A program made the translations under genes and the position numbers. The notes beneath the pieces were generated by a model that saw only the letters and a list, made by a program, of their open reading frames with translations, had not been told where the DNA came from and did no database searches. From positions 20,578 to 84,577 of the forward strand of contig CAJVYS010000001.1 in the NCBI GenBank assembly GCA_913009875.1: a stretch of 64,000 nt of DNA. The letters are read 5' to 3'. Each line of letters opens with the position of its first letter. Within the stretch, counting starts at the first letter, position 1. Shown here piece by piece: positions 1 through 10,515 of this stretch. This DNA is from an uncultured Gammaproteobacteria bacterium. GTDB taxonomy: Bacteria > Pseudomonadota > Gammaproteobacteria > SZUA-152.

Positions 1-596
1 TCGAAATAGGCCTCGTCGACCACCACGATGACCCGTTCCGGCACCGCGGCGATGAAGGTCTGCAATTCATCACCCTGCAGCCAGGTGCCGGTGGGATTGT
101 TGGGATTGGCAATGAAGATCACCCGCGTGCGCTCACTGATCAGCGCCTGCATGGCCTCGAGGTCGTGTCCCCAGTCGTGCGCCGGGGCGACCACCGCCTG
201 CGCGCTGGCGGCCTGAGTGACGATGGGATACATGGCGAAGGCGTGTTCAGAGAACAGCACCTCGTCGCCCGGCTGCACGAACACCCGCACGACGAATTCC
301 AGCACATCGCTGGAGCCATTGCCGAGGGTGATCTGCGCCATGTCCACACGGTGACGTTCACTCAAGGCCTGCTTGAGGGCGAAGCCGTTGCCGTCGGGAT
401 AGCGCGCCAGCCCGGCAAACTCAGCGGCCAGCACCTCACGCACGCGCAGGCTGGGGCCGAGGGGGTTTTCATTGGAGGCCAGCTTGACGATATCACTGAC
501 GCCGTATTCGCGCCGCAGCTCGTCGATGGGTTTGCCCGGCTGGTAGGGCTGCAGGCCACGCACGCCCGGCGTGGCCCACGGTTCAAAACGATTCAT
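1..596 (-). CDS. hisC: Histidinol-phosphate aminotransferase (5' part; runs off window edge)
   Basis: Manual translation from ATG 596: MNRFEPWATPGVRGLQPYQPGKP...KLASNENPLG...LGNGSSD...ANPNNPTG...VVVDEAYFE; follows pheA. Confidence 0.93.
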   Translation of the reverse strand, partial: MNRFEPWATPGVRGLQPYQPGKPIDELRREYGVSDIVKLASNENPLGPSLRVREVLAAEFAGLARYPDGNGFALKQALSERHRVDMAQITLGNGSSDVLEFVVRVFVQPGDEVLFSEHAFAMYPIVTQAASAQAVVAPAHDWGHDLEAMQALISERTRVIFIANPNNPTGTWLQGDELQTFIAAVPERVIVVVDEAYF

Positions 597-654
597 TGTG
601 ACTTCTCTGTTACGACTCTTGTTCTTGCTACACTGGGTGACCGGCGCTGAAAAA

Positions 655-724
655 CCTGTAGGAGCGGCTTTAGCCGCGAAGCGTTGTTTGAGATAATTGT
701 CGCGGCTAAAGCCGCTCCTACAGG
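655..724. repeat. REPIN (REP doublet), family A GTAGGAGCGGCTTTAGCCGCGA
   Basis: Perfect 25-bp inverted repeat 655-679 / 700-724 with GTAG motif. Confidence 0.85.
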
Positions 725-793
725 TTGAACTTACCACCATTATCACAGAACTAAATAATTTGGTGGGAGATACCCAGCCTACGAATTGTTTGT

Positions 794-1873
794 TTACAGT
801 ACCGCCTTGGGGTAGGAGCCCAGCACCTTGAACATGGGTGAATCCGTCTTCAGGGTCTCCAGTGCGCGGGCCACCGACTCGTCCCGCAGATGACCGTTGA
901 TGTCGATAAAAAACACATATTCCCAGTTAGCCAGGCGTGAGGGCCGAGACTCGATGCGGCTCATGGAAATGCCGTTGCGCTCAAAGGGCGACAGCAGACG
1001 ATAGAGTGCACCGGGGCGGTTTGGCGTTGATACCAGCAATGAGGTCTTGTCATCGCCACTGGGCGGAACCTCCTGCGTACCGATGACCAGAAAACGCGTG
1101 GTGTTGTCTGGGTTGTCCTCGATCTTGGCTTCAAGCACCGGCAGACTGTAAATGTCGGCGGCCGTCTCGCCGGCAATGGCAGCGGCGCCCTCCTCCACAG
1201 CAGCGCGGCGCACGGCCTCGGCATTGGAGCTGACGGAGACCCGCTCCACTTCCGGCAGATGTGCATCGAGCCATTCACGACACTGTGCCAGCGACTGCTG
1301 ATGGGAGTAGATCTTTTTTATGTTATGACGATCGCGGCCAATCAGGTGGTGATGGATACGTAATTCCACCTCACCACAAATAGCCAGCGAGGAGCGCATG
1401 AACATGTCGAGGGTGTGATTGATCACGCCTTCGGTGGAATTCTCCACCGGCACCACGCCAAAGTGGGCACTGCCCGCCTCCACCTCACGGAACACCTCGT
1501 CAATGGCGGCCATGGGGCGGGTGTGCACGGAATGCCCAAAATGCTTCAGTGCCGCGGCCTGGGTAAACGTGCCCTCGGGGCCGAGGAAGGCCACGCTGAG
1601 TGGTTGCTCCAAGGCCAGGCAGGCGGACATGATCTCGCGGAACAGGCGCGCCATTTCTTCACCGGGCAACGGGCCCTGGTTGCGTTCCAGCACCTTGCGC
1701 AATACCTGCGCCTCGCGCTCGGGGCGATAGAAGAGCACCTCCTCGCCCGTCTGCTCGGCCTGCTTGATCTGCGCCACTTCCTGCGCCAGTGCAGCGCGTT
1801 CGGAGATCAACTGCTGGATCTCCGCGTCCACGGCATCGATGCGTTTGCGAATCTCGTCCAGTCTGTCGCTCAT
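794..1873 (-). CDS. pheA: Chorismate mutase/prephenate dehydratase (P-protein)
   Basis: N-terminal CM domain (IRKRIDAVD...RE), LGPEGTF, NTTRF, ACT domain with ESRP. Confidence 0.97.
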   Translation of the reverse strand: MSDRLDEIRKRIDAVDAEIQQLISERAALAQEVAQIKQAEQTGEEVLFYRPEREAQVLRKVLERNQGPLPGEEMARLFREIMSACLALEQPLSVAFLGPEGTFTQAAALKHFGHSVHTRPMAAIDEVFREVEAGSAHFGVVPVENSTEGVINHTLDMFMRSSLAICGEVELRIHHHLIGRDRHNIKKIYSHQQSLAQCREWLDAHLPEVERVSVSSNAEAVRRAAVEEGAAAIAGETAADIYSLPVLEAKIEDNPDNTTRFLVIGTQEVPPSGDDKTSLLVSTPNRPGALYRLLSPFERNGISMSRIESRPSRLANWEYVFFIDINGHLRDESVARALETLKTDSPMFKVLGSYPKAVL

Positions 1874-1893
1874 TACTGCCAGCCTATTTTGTT

Positions 1894-3057
1894 TCAGAGT
1901 GCACGCACGGCCAGTACGCCGTCGATGGCTTCGATATTTTTCACTACCGAACCGGCCACTGGCTGATCGACATCGACCAGGGTATAGGCCAGATCACCGC
2001 GCGACTTGTTCAGCATGTCGACGATGTTCAGCCCGGCATCGCCCAGCGCGGTGGAGATCTGCCCGACCATGTTGGGCACATTGGAATTGACGATGGCGAT
2101 GCGATAGCCATCGGTGCGCGACATGAACACCTCGGGGAAATTGACGGAGTTGCGAATGGTGCCGTTTTCCAGATATTCACGCACTTCGTCGGCGACCATG
2201 ATGGCGCAGTTATCCTCCGCCTCTTGCGTCGAGGCACCCAGGTGCGGCAGGGTGATCACGCGCTGATGACTTTTCAGCAGGTTACTGGGAAAGTCGCACA
2301 CATAGGCGTAAACCTTGCCTTCGTCGATGGCGGCGCACACCGCCTCGTCGTCGACGATGCCGCCGCGGGCGAAATTGAGAATCACCACCTTGTCTTTCAT
2401 GATCTTCAGGCGTTCGACATTAATCATGTTCTTGGTGGCGTCGACGAGCGGCACGTGAAAAGTAACGAAATCCACATTGGACAACAGGTCGTCCACACTG
2501 GCTGCCTTTTTAACGTTAGACGATAACTCCCATGCGCCCTCCACCGTGATGCCGGGATCGAAGCCGATGACGTTCATGCCCAGTGACACGGCGGCGTTGG
2601 CCACCTGCCGGCCGATGGCGCCAAGGCCGATGACACCGAGGGTACGACCCGGCAGCTCGAAACCGCCAAAGTTCTTTTTACCCGCCTCGACCTGCTTGCC
2701 GATGCTCGCGTCGTCACCCTCCAGATTGCGGGCGAAGTCCCAGGCCGGACAGATGTTGCGCGCCGCCAGCAGCATGCCGGTCAGCACCAGTTCCTTCACC
2801 GCATTGGCATTGGCGCCGGGGGCGTTGAACACCGGGATGCCCATGGCGCTCATTTTATCGACGGGAATATTATTGACCCCGGCACCGGCGCGGCCCACGG
2901 CCTTCAGCGTGAGCGGGATCTCCATGTCGTGCATCTTGAAGGAGCGCAGCAGGATGGCGTCCGGATGCTGGATCTCGGAAGCGATTTCGTACTGGTCGCG
3001 CGGCAGGCGTTCCAGACCGGCGATAGAGATATTGTTCAGTGTGAGAATTTTATACAT
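1894..3057 (-). CDS. serA: D-3-phosphoglycerate dehydrogenase with C-terminal ACT domain
   Basis: GRAGAGVNN, GLGAIG, NFARG, LPHLGAST motifs; likely start MYKILT at 3057 (ORF-track extension comes from a REP). Confidence 0.93.
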   Translation of the reverse strand: MYKILTLNNISIAGLERLPRDQYEIASEIQHPDAILLRSFKMHDMEIPLTLKAVGRAGAGVNNIPVDKMSAMGIPVFNAPGANANAVKELVLTGMLLAARNICPAWDFARNLEGDDASIGKQVEAGKKNFGGFELPGRTLGVIGLGAIGRQVANAAVSLGMNVIGFDPGITVEGAWELSSNVKKAASVDDLLSNVDFVTFHVPLVDATKNMINVERLKIMKDKVVILNFARGGIVDDEAVCAAIDEGKVYAYVCDFPSNLLKSHQRVITLPHLGASTQEAEDNCAIMVADEVREYLENGTIRNSVNFPEVFMSRTDGYRIAIVNSNVPNMVGQISTALGDAGLNIVDMLNKSRGDLAYTLVDVDQPVAGSVVKNIEAIDGVLAVRAL

Positions 3058-3088
3058 CGGTACCCATCCAGGTTTTTGACACGATTTC

Positions 3089-3153
3089 GTAGGGTGGGCA
3101 CTGCCCACCATGACCGTTCAGATTCCCTTGCTGGTGGGCGCTGCCCACCCTAC
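3089..3153. repeat. REPIN, family B GTAGGGTGGGCACTGCCCACC
   Basis: Inverted pair 3089-3110 / 3132-3153 between serC and serA. Confidence 0.85.
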
Positions 3154-3164
3154 AGCTCTTTAAT

Positions 3165-4253
3165 TCAGCCGTTGCGCTTTTCGAAATCGGCCATAAAGGC
3201 GATCAGTGCATCCACGCCTTCTTCCGGCATGGCGTTGTAGATGCTGGCGCGCATGCCGCCCACGGAACGGTGGCCCTTGAGGGTGACCAGGCCGGCCTCT
3301 TTAGCCTCGCTAAGGAAGGTCTTATCCAGCTCGGCATCTGCCAGGGTAAAAGGCACGTTCATCCACGAACGGCAACCGAGATCCACCGGGTTGCCATAAA
3401 AGCTGGATGCATCGATGGCAGCATACAGCTTGCCGGCCTTGCGCTGGTTGATCTCGGCCATGGCCTTGAGCCCGCCCTTCTGCTTGATCCAGTCGAACAC
3501 CAGGCCGGCCAGATACCAGCCATAGGTCGGCGGCGTGTTGTACATGGAACCGGCGTCGACGTGGGTCTTGTAATCGAACATGGCGGGCGTGCCGTCCCTG
3601 GCATTGCCGATCAGATCCTCACGAACGATGACCACGGTCAGCCCGGCGGGGCCGATATTTTTCTGCGCACCGGCGTAGATGATGCCGAACTTCGACACAT
3701 CAATGGGACGAGACAGAATCGTCGACGACATATCTGCAACTAGCGGTATGTTGCCAGTGTCAGGAATATAGGGAAACTCCACACCTTCGATGGTCTCGTT
3801 GGGCGTGTAGTGCACGTAAGCGGCATCAGGGCTGTGCACCACGGCATCCTCGACGGGCACGCTGGTGAACTTACCGCCACGCTCGGTATCCGCCACCACC
3901 GTGACCTCAGCGAAGCGTTTGGCCTCGGCGATGGCCTTCTTCGACCAGGAGCCGGTGCGGTAGTATTCCGCTTTGCCTTTGTTACACAGCAAATTCAGCG
4001 GCACCATGGCGAACTGGCTGGAGGCACCGCCCTGTAAAAACAGCACCTTGTAGTTGGCGGGAATCGCCATGATCTCACGCAGATCGGCCTCGGCCCGTTC
4101 CGCAATGGACACGAATTCCTTGCCACGGTGACTCATCTCCATCACCGACATGCCCGAACCGCGCCAGGATAGTATCTCGCCTCCGGCCTTTTGTAGGACA
4201 TCCAGCGGCAGCATGCCAGGGCCAGCACTGAAATTATATTTTCTTGTCTCCAC
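3165..4253 (-). CDS. serC: Phosphoserine aminotransferase
   Basis: YNFSAGP, LQGGAS, YAGAQKNIGPAG, GHRSVGGMRASIYNA. Confidence 0.97.
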   Translation of the reverse strand: METRKYNFSAGPGMLPLDVLQKAGGEILSWRGSGMSVMEMSHRGKEFVSIAERAEADLREIMAIPANYKVLFLQGGASSQFAMVPLNLLCNKGKAEYYRTGSWSKKAIAEAKRFAEVTVVADTERGGKFTSVPVEDAVVHSPDAAYVHYTPNETIEGVEFPYIPDTGNIPLVADMSSTILSRPIDVSKFGIIYAGAQKNIGPAGLTVVIVREDLIGNARDGTPAMFDYKTHVDAGSMYNTPPTYGWYLAGLVFDWIKQKGGLKAMAEINQRKAGKLYAAIDASSFYGNPVDLGCRSWMNVPFTLADAELDKTFLSEAKEAGLVTLKGHRSVGGMRASIYNAMPEEGVDALIAFMADFEKRNG

Positions 4254-4295
4254 CTCAACTACTCCTGCTTTTTCGGATTTTCAAATCATTTATCT

Positions 4296-4374
4296 GTAGG
4301 AGCGGCCCCTCAGGCCGCGATGTTTTTTCTCGCCATGGGCGGGTCATCATCGCGGCCTGAGGGGCCGCTCCTAC
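4296..4374. repeat. REPIN, family A variant GTAGGAGCGGCCCCTCAGGCCGCGATG
   Basis: Perfect 27-bp inverted repeat 4296-4322 / 4348-4374. Confidence 0.85.
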
Positions 4375-4389
4375 GGGGAATGGTGGCAT

Positions 4390-7032
4390 TTATTCGTTTT
4401 CGCTGCCCTCTCCCTCTACACCCTCTACTCTATTGTCAGATTCATTGGTCTCGGCTGACGCATTATCGCTACCCCCCTCATCACCTTCGTCCTCATCATC
4501 ATCCTGTTCGACGATGCGCTGCATGCCCACCAGCTTCTCGCCCTTGGTGAGGTTGATGAGCTTCACGCCCTGGGTATTGCGGCCCAGCACGGAGACCTCG
4601 GCGACGCGGGTGCGCACCAGGGTGCCACGATTGGTGATCAGCATGATCTCGTCATCGTCCTGCACCAGCACGGCGCCCACCACGGCGCCATTGCGCTCGT
4701 TGCTCTGGATCGACAACACACCCTGCCCGCCACGGCCGTGGGCCGGGTACTGATCCACGGCGGTGCGTTTGCCATAGCCGTTTTCCGTCGCTGTGAGTAC
4801 ACAGCCTTCGCTGGCGATGATCAGCGAGATCACTCGCACACCCTCGGCCAGTCGTACGCCGCGCACACCACAGGCGGTGCGGCCCATGGCACGCACATTG
4901 CTTTCATTGAAGCGGATGACCTTGCCGGCACTGGTAAACAGCATGACATCGCGCTCGCCGTCGGTGATGTCCACACCCACCAACTGGTCGCCTTCACGCA
5001 GATCGATGGCGATGATGCCGTTGCTGCGCGGGCGCGAGAAGTCCTGCAGCGAGGTCTTCTTCACCGTGCCATTGGCGGTGGCAAAGAAGATGTTCTTGTC
5101 GGCCTCGTACTCGCGGATCGGCAGCACCGCGGTAATGCGTTCCCCCTCATCCAGCGGCAACAGATTGACAATTGGCTTGCCGCGCGCGCCACGGCCGGCC
5201 TGCGGCAATTCATAGACCTTTTTCCAGTACACCTTGCCGGCGCTGGAGAAGCACAGGATGGTGTCATGGGTACTGGCGATGAACAGCTGGTCAACGAAGT
5301 CCTCTTCCTTCATGGCCGTGGCGGACTTGCCGCGGCCACCGCGACGCTGGGCGCGATAATCGGCCAGCGGCTGAGCCTTGGCATAGCCTTCGTGGGAAAG
5401 CGTGACCACCACATCTTCCTCGGTGATCAGGTCTTCGAGGCTGAGGTCGAGATGGGTTTCGAGGATCTCGGTGCGACGCTCATCGCCGTACAGCTCCTTC
5501 ATGGCCTGCAGCTCTTCGCGGATCACCTCCATCAGGCGCTCGATGCTGCCGAGGATCTCCAGCAGCTCGAAGATAGTCGCCAGCAGCTCTTCGTATTCGC
5601 CGAGAATCTTGTCCTGCTCGAGACCGGTGAGGCGGTGCAACCGCATCTCCAGGATCGCCTGGGCCTGGGTGTCGGAAAGGTGGTAGCTGCCGTCGATAAA
5701 GCCGAAGGCCTTGTCCAGCCCGTCCGGACGTGAAGACTCGGCACCGGCACGCTCCAGCATCTGCACCACCACGCCCGGCTCCCAGCCGGTGGCCATCAAG
5801 CCTTCTTTCGCCGCCGCCGGGTTGGGCGCGGCCTTGATCAGGACGATGATCGGGTCAATGTTGGCCAGCGCCACCGCCAGACCTTCGCGGATGTGCGCCT
5901 TTTCGCGCGCCTTGCGCAGGTCATAAATGGTGCGGCGGGTGACCACGGTACGGCGGTGATCGATAAAGGCCTGCAGGATCTGCTTGAGATTGAGCAGGCG
6001 CGGCTGACCGTCCACCAGCGCCACCATATTGATGCCAAACACGGTCTGCATCTGGGTCTGCTGGAACAGGTTGTTGAGCAGCACCTCGGCCACTTCGCCG
6101 CGCTTCAGATCCACCACCATGCGCATACCGTCCTTGTCGGACTCGTCGCGCAGCTCGGAGATGCCCTCGATCTTTTTGTCTTTCACCAGCTCGGCGATCT
6201 TCTCCACCAGGCGGGCCTTGTTGACCTGATATGGCAGCTCGGTGACGACGATACGCTGGCGACCGTTGTCGTCGGTTTCGATCCCGGCACGCGCACGCAT
6301 CACGCAGCGGCCGCGGCCGGTGCGGTAGGCCTCGTGAATCCCGCGCACGCCGTTGATAAAGCCGGCGGTGGGAAAGTCCGGGCCGGGGACGTATTCAAGC
6401 AGGGCCGTGATATCCAGGTTGGCATCGTCGATCAGCGCGAGGATGGCGTTGATCACCTCGGTAATATTGTGCGGCGGAATATTGGTGGCCATGCCTACGG
6501 CGATGCCGGAGGAGCCGTTGATCAGCAGGTTGGGGATCTTGGCGGGAAAGACCGCAGGTTCGTGCTCGGATTCGTCGTAGTTGGGGACGAAATCCACCGT
6601 TTCCTTATCGAGGTCGGCCAACAGCTCGTGGGCAATCTTGGCCATGCGCACTTCGGTGTAACGCATGGCGGCGGCGGAATCGCCATCCACCGAACCGAAG
6701 TTACCCTGCCCGTCCACCAGCATGTAACGCAGCGAAAAGGGCTGCGCCATGCGCACGATGGTGTCGTACACCGCCGAGTCGCCGTGCGGGTGGTATTTAC
6801 CGATCACGTCACCGACCACACGGGCGGATTTCTTGTAGGCCTTGTTCCAGTCATTGCCCAGCACGCTCATGGCGTAGAGTACGCGGCGATGCACGGGCTT
6901 GAGGCCGTCGCGCACGTCCGGCAGGGCGCGCCCGACGATGACACTCATGGCGTAGTCCAGATAGGACTGCTTCATTTCCTCTTCGATGTTGACCGGGAGG
7001 GTTTCTTTGGCGAATTCTGTGCTATCTGTCAT
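4390..7032 (-). CDS. gyrA: DNA gyrase subunit A
   Basis: [33 protein letters not shown], GyrA-box QRRGGRG, acidic tail. Confidence 0.99.
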   Translation of the reverse strand: MTDSTEFAKETLPVNIEEEMKQSYLDYAMSVIVGRALPDVRDGLKPVHRRVLYAMSVLGNDWNKAYKKSARVVGDVIGKYHPHGDSAVYDTIVRMAQPFSLRYMLVDGQGNFGSVDGDSAAAMRYTEVRMAKIAHELLADLDKETVDFVPNYDESEHEPAVFPAKIPNLLINGSSGIAVGMATNIPPHNITEVINAILALIDDANLDITALLEYVPGPDFPTAGFINGVRGIHEAYRTGRGRCVMRARAGIETDDNGRQRIVVTELPYQVNKARLVEKIAELVKDKKIEGISELRDESDKDGMRMVVDLKRGEVAEVLLNNLFQQTQMQTVFGINMVALVDGQPRLLNLKQILQAFIDHRRTVVTRRTIYDLRKAREKAHIREGLAVALANIDPIIVLIKAAPNPAAAKEGLMATGWEPGVVVQMLERAGAESSRPDGLDKAFGFIDGSYHLSDTQAQAILEMRLHRLTGLEQDKILGEYEELLATIFELLEILGSIERLMEVIREELQAMKELYGDERRTEILETHLDLSLEDLITEEDVVVTLSHEGYAKAQPLADYRAQRRGGRGKSATAMKEEDFVDQLFIASTHDTILCFSSAGKVYWKKVYELPQAGRGARGKPIVNLLPLDEGERITAVLPIREYEADKNIFFATANGTVKKTSLQDFSRPRSNGIIAIDLREGDQLVGVDITDGERDVMLFTSAGKVIRFNESNVRAMGRTACGVRGVRLAEGVRVISLIIASEGCVLTATENGYGKRTAVDQYPAHGRGGQGVLSIQSNERNGAVVGAVLVQDDDEIMLITNRGTLVRTRVAEVSVLGRNTQGVKLINLTKGEKLVGMQRIVEQDDDEDEGDEGGSDNASAETNESDNRVEGVEGEGSENE

Positions 7033-7304
7033 AGGTGTCCAGTGATACGCGAGTGGAACGCCAGCCTCTTATTGTTGTTTGCCACACGTCGAGCAAAAAC
7101 GGGCTGATCTGCTGATTCATGCAAGCAAGCGCTTCAGCGCCTTTTTAATCGCGAAATCATACCACACCGCGCACCCTACGGCACACGCATAAAACCCGCC
7201 AAGACCAGCACAGAGACCGCCACCGACAGCATCTGTGTGGAAAACGGCCAATTTGGAGCTTGTCCAAAAAAACACATCGGCACCATGCCGCCATGAACAG
7301 CGCG

Positions 7305-7385
7305 GTAGGATGCGGTGAAGAATGAACCGCATCAATCGCGCAAAGTTTCTCGACAGATGCGGTTCGCAGGCTCACCACATCCTAC
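7305..7385. repeat. REPIN, family E GTAGGATGCGGTGAA...GAACCGCATC
   Basis: Imperfect inverted pair 7305-7333 / 7356-7385; related half copies at 26805 and 30218. Confidence 0.75.
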
Positions 7386-7835
7386 TGCACTCAACACAAA
7401 GTTTTCTATTGATATTCCCGTACCCTCGGCGACAAAACGTACGACTGTCGGTTTCTTTTACACCCGCATCCACCCGTCTAGATCTCACCAAGCCCACACA
7501 GTTACCAATGAAATCAGGCATTCACCCATGACAACAATGATTTGAGTCCGCATTAGTCGCCCATAACAACGTCGGAAAAACTTACACCACAACCACAACC
7601 ACAAGAATCAACAACTTAGTGATCTGGCGCAAATGTTGCTTGTAGGAAATCTTGATCGTAATTAACGAATTAGAAATAGCAAAAATAATAACGAAGACTT
7701 GAAAGCCATGCAGCAGAGATGACTACCCGCCATCCGCACGGATTTAGCGAGGCTTGCACACAGGCGCGGCGGCACCACACAAACGGTGTGCGGCCAACGA
7801 CAAATTATTCAGCACGTACAAAGGAAGGTCGAACC

Positions 7836-7994
7836 ATGAAACAAACAACCATCCAGCAAATACTCTGGGGCGTGCTATTCACGGGTTTTCTGGGGGCCGC
7901 CAATGCGGCAGAGTTTGACATCGACGTTTTGTTTGACGGCGTCGATGCCAACCCGGGTGACGGCGCCTGCGCCACAGCAAGTAGGTTGGGGTGA
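7836..7994 (+). pseudogene. 5' fragment of a secreted CSLREA-like repeat protein, truncated at a REPIN
   Basis: Signal peptide (MKQTT...AANA) then DGVDANPGDGACATA, the usual lead-in to the CSLREA motif; frame runs into GTAGG REP at 7981 and stops. Confidence 0.6.
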
Positions 7995-8149
7995 ATGTTT
8001 TTTATGAACCCCAACATGCCAGAACAACAATACGCCTCAAAAACCATGCTCAAGCCACCACAAACAAATTCACTTCGATTTTCAAAGCCAAAAAATATCC
8101 ACATTCCAAGTTATGAACGTGCTGGGGTTCGTGCCTCACCCCAACCTAT
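7981..8149. repeat. Long REPIN, family C (GTAGGTTGGGGTGA...ACCCCAAC), left copy of a direct repeat
   Basis: Inverted REP ends with an approx. 100-bp spacer; closely similar, spacer included, to 11437-11610. Confidence 0.85.
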
Positions 8150-8276
8150 CGAGCTTTGCCATATGAACCAGATCCATTTCGTCTACGCGCTCATGCAACG
8201 AAATCTGAGGAAAGAAAAACCGGATCCATGAAAGATCGCCGCAATAATTAAGTATTGTGAACCCTTATTTTTCAAT

Positions 8277-8714
8277 CTACCCTTGATCATTCAGTACAGA
8301 GGCTTGCTCCGCCTCCCACTTTGTTTCTTTTGATACTTTTTTTAACGAACTAAGCAACATTTCAAAAGATGTTTTCATCATCAGATTTCCAGAACTCTCA
8401 TCGATATACTGACACATATCCCAATCTTTTTTGGCCGATTCCTCGATTCTCTCACAACTGGAAATCTCCCGATTTATTTCAGCCACAAGACTCTCAATGA
8501 AATATTTTTCTGCATTCCGATAGTCTGGATCACTCCCTTCGGCAGAAACAAGTGTTGCTGAATTCTCATGCTTAAAGACTAATGTAATATTGTATTTACA
8601 ATACTTCCGTTCTGCTGAAGCCACTATAATTGTGGCTCCTTTTAAACATAGCGATATACGATAAAGAGTCTTGTTTAATATTTTGGTAAGAGACAGATAA
8701 TTTCTGGGATTCAT
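8277..8714 (-). CDS. Hypothetical protein (AT-rich)
   Basis: 145-aa ORF whose start overlaps the stop of the upstream gene (ATGA); no recognised motif. Confidence 0.55.
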   Translation of the reverse strand: MNPRNYLSLTKILNKTLYRISLCLKGATIIVASAERKYCKYNITLVFKHENSATLVSAEGSDPDYRNAEKYFIESLVAEINREISSCERIEESAKKDWDMCQYIDESSGNLMMKTSFEMLLSSLKKVSKETKWEAEQASVLNDQG

Positions 8715-10345
8715 TCTTCAACCTCTAATAACGCCTCTAGCTCTTGAGTCTCATCCCATTGATTTTTAGATATCACTTTCTGCAGCTTAACTTCCCCATG
8801 AATCTCACAGACTGCATCTTCTATTTCTTCCAAAGTGACTCTAAAAAACTCTCTTCGGCAATTCACCTTATTCACGCGACGTTTTTCAAACCGTTTATGA
8901 AGTTTTCTTTCTAGTCCAGGGGCATCCTCACTTTGGATTATTCCATGCACATCAAAGAAAAATGGAACCGAGGCATCGCCTAGTTCTTTTACTCGATCCA
9001 TCGGCTCAAGACGCCTCGTCATGCCTATTTTGTATATTTCATCCCCAAACGAACCTTTATTACTGATTATATAAACATATCCAGAACGTGTGAGTTGAGC
9101 CATCGACAGGGCCCTTTCTTTTTCATTTACCGCAACCTCCAACAAACGTTTTAACCGGCCTATTTCTTCATTAAGAATGCCAATCTCTTCGCCTGCTTTA
9201 TTCTTTAAATCTTCTTCAGCAAACCTTAAAGCATTAGCATACTCTTTCTCCTCCTTCTCCCTATCCTTGACAAATTCTTCAATTTCTTTCTGAACTCTAT
9301 TTTCTTCACGAATGCTTTCCTGAATATATCTTTGTTCCTCTTTTTCAAACCTAACTTGAAGGTGGTATCCAAATACAAGCTTAAGCTCTTCTAAACGTAG
9401 CTTTAAATATTCCCTCTCAATACGAATGAAGTTATCTTCGCTATACTTATTTATTCTGGAAAACCATTTTTCAATTTTCTTATGCATTGAAACGTAATTT
9501 GAATGCTTAACATTACCAATAATATTGTCAACCTCTGCATTGAACGCAATCAACATAAATTTTGCTGCTCTATTCTGGCGAGCTTTGCCAGCCCGCAAGC
9601 TATAATTCCATTCGATATCACCAAACTGTTTCCAAGCTTTCTTTTCTTTAATAAAGAATCTTTGAAGAACCTTATTATCATCAATCATTCCTCGAACTTG
9701 GTCACTCCCCATGCCATCAAATTTTTGTATGTTTTCGGATATACTTCCAATCTCATCATAATACTCAACTTCGAGGTTTAAATTGGAAAGCTCCGATTTC
9801 TTTCTATTCACATCATTGCTTAGAGAATTGATAGTGTCTTGAATTTTCTCAAGATTTTCCGGCAGCATTATCTCCTTTAATTTTTTAATACTCTCCAGTT
9901 GTTTTTCTTTTTCCACCCCAGACTGTTTTAGGGTAATATTTTCCTTAAGAAGGTCATTGAGTTTTTCATCAATCTCCAAGGATTTACTTTCTTTTTCTAC
10001 CCCAGACCGCTTAAGGACAGTATTTTCTTGAAGCAGATTGTTAAGCTTTCCTTCAATCTCTAAGAATTTACTTTCTTTTTCTGCCCCAGACCGATTTAGA
10101 TCAACGTTTTCTTGAAACAGATCATTAAACTTCCCTTCAAACTCCAATAATTTACTTTCTTTTTCTGCCCCAGACCGCTTAAGGACAGTATTTTCTTGAA
10201 GCAGATTGTTAAGCTTTCCTTCAAACTCCAATAATTTACTTTCTTTTTCTGTCCCAGACCGCTTAAGGACAGTATTTTCTTGAAGCAGATTGTTAAGCTT
10301 TCCTTCAATCTCTAAGAATTTACTTTCTTTTACGAGTCCTAACAC
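8711..10345 (-). CDS. DUF4041 / T5orf172 (GIY-YIG-like, MUG113) domain protein with N-terminal coiled-coil repeats
   Basis: C-terminal GYVYIISNKGSFG..YKIGMTRR..RVKELGDASVPF.FDVH...LE..LH......REFF; RBS AAGGAGA upstream. Confidence 0.85.
   Translation of the reverse strand: MLGLVKESKFLEIEGKLNNLLQENTVLKRSGTEKESKLLEFEGKLNNLLQENTVLKRSGAEKESKLLEFEGKFNDLFQENVDLNRSGAEKESKFLEIEGKLNNLLQENTVLKRSGVEKESKSLEIDEKLNDLLKENITLKQSGVEKEKQLESIKKLKEIMLPENLEKIQDTINSLSNDVNRKKSELSNLNLEVEYYDEIGSISENIQKFDGMGSDQVRGMIDDNKVLQRFFIKEKKAWKQFGDIEWNYSLRAGKARQNRAAKFMLIAFNAEVDNIIGNVKHSNYVSMHKKIEKWFSRINKYSEDNFIRIEREYLKLRLEELKLVFGYHLQVRFEKEEQRYIQESIREENRVQKEIEEFVKDREKEEKEYANALRFAEEDLKNKAGEEIGILNEEIGRLKRLLEVAVNEKERALSMAQLTRSGYVYIISNKGSFGDEIYKIGMTRRLEPMDRVKELGDASVPFFFDVHGIIQSEDAPGLERKLHKRFEKRRVNKVNCRREFFRVTLEEIEDAVCEIHGEVKLQKVISKNQWDETQELEALLEVEE
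9911..10330 (-). repeat. Intragenic tandem repeat, 5 x 84 bp (28 aa KESKxLExEGKLNNLLQENTVLKRSGxE)
   Basis: Directly visible in protein and DNA. Confidence 0.9.
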
Positions 10346-10515
10346 AATCTCTCCTTAAAAACATAACCTCACCAACAGCCAGCAACCCAAATCTAACACC
10401 ACCAAGAAAGGGAGCCAAGATCACACCTGCGCTTCGATAATATTCCTTATTACGCATAGCATCGAACTCAGCCAAGGAATCTCGCGTTGCAGCCTGCACC
10501 GAATAAAATGTAGCG

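Noticed and set aside
5893-7107. 404-aa plus-strand ORF
   Set aside because: Antisense shadow of gyrA; typical of high-GC DNA, no motifs
7995-8231. Similar short ORFs MNPNMPEQQ at 7995 and 11461
   Set aside because: They are translations of the duplicated REPIN; no RBS or evidence of coding
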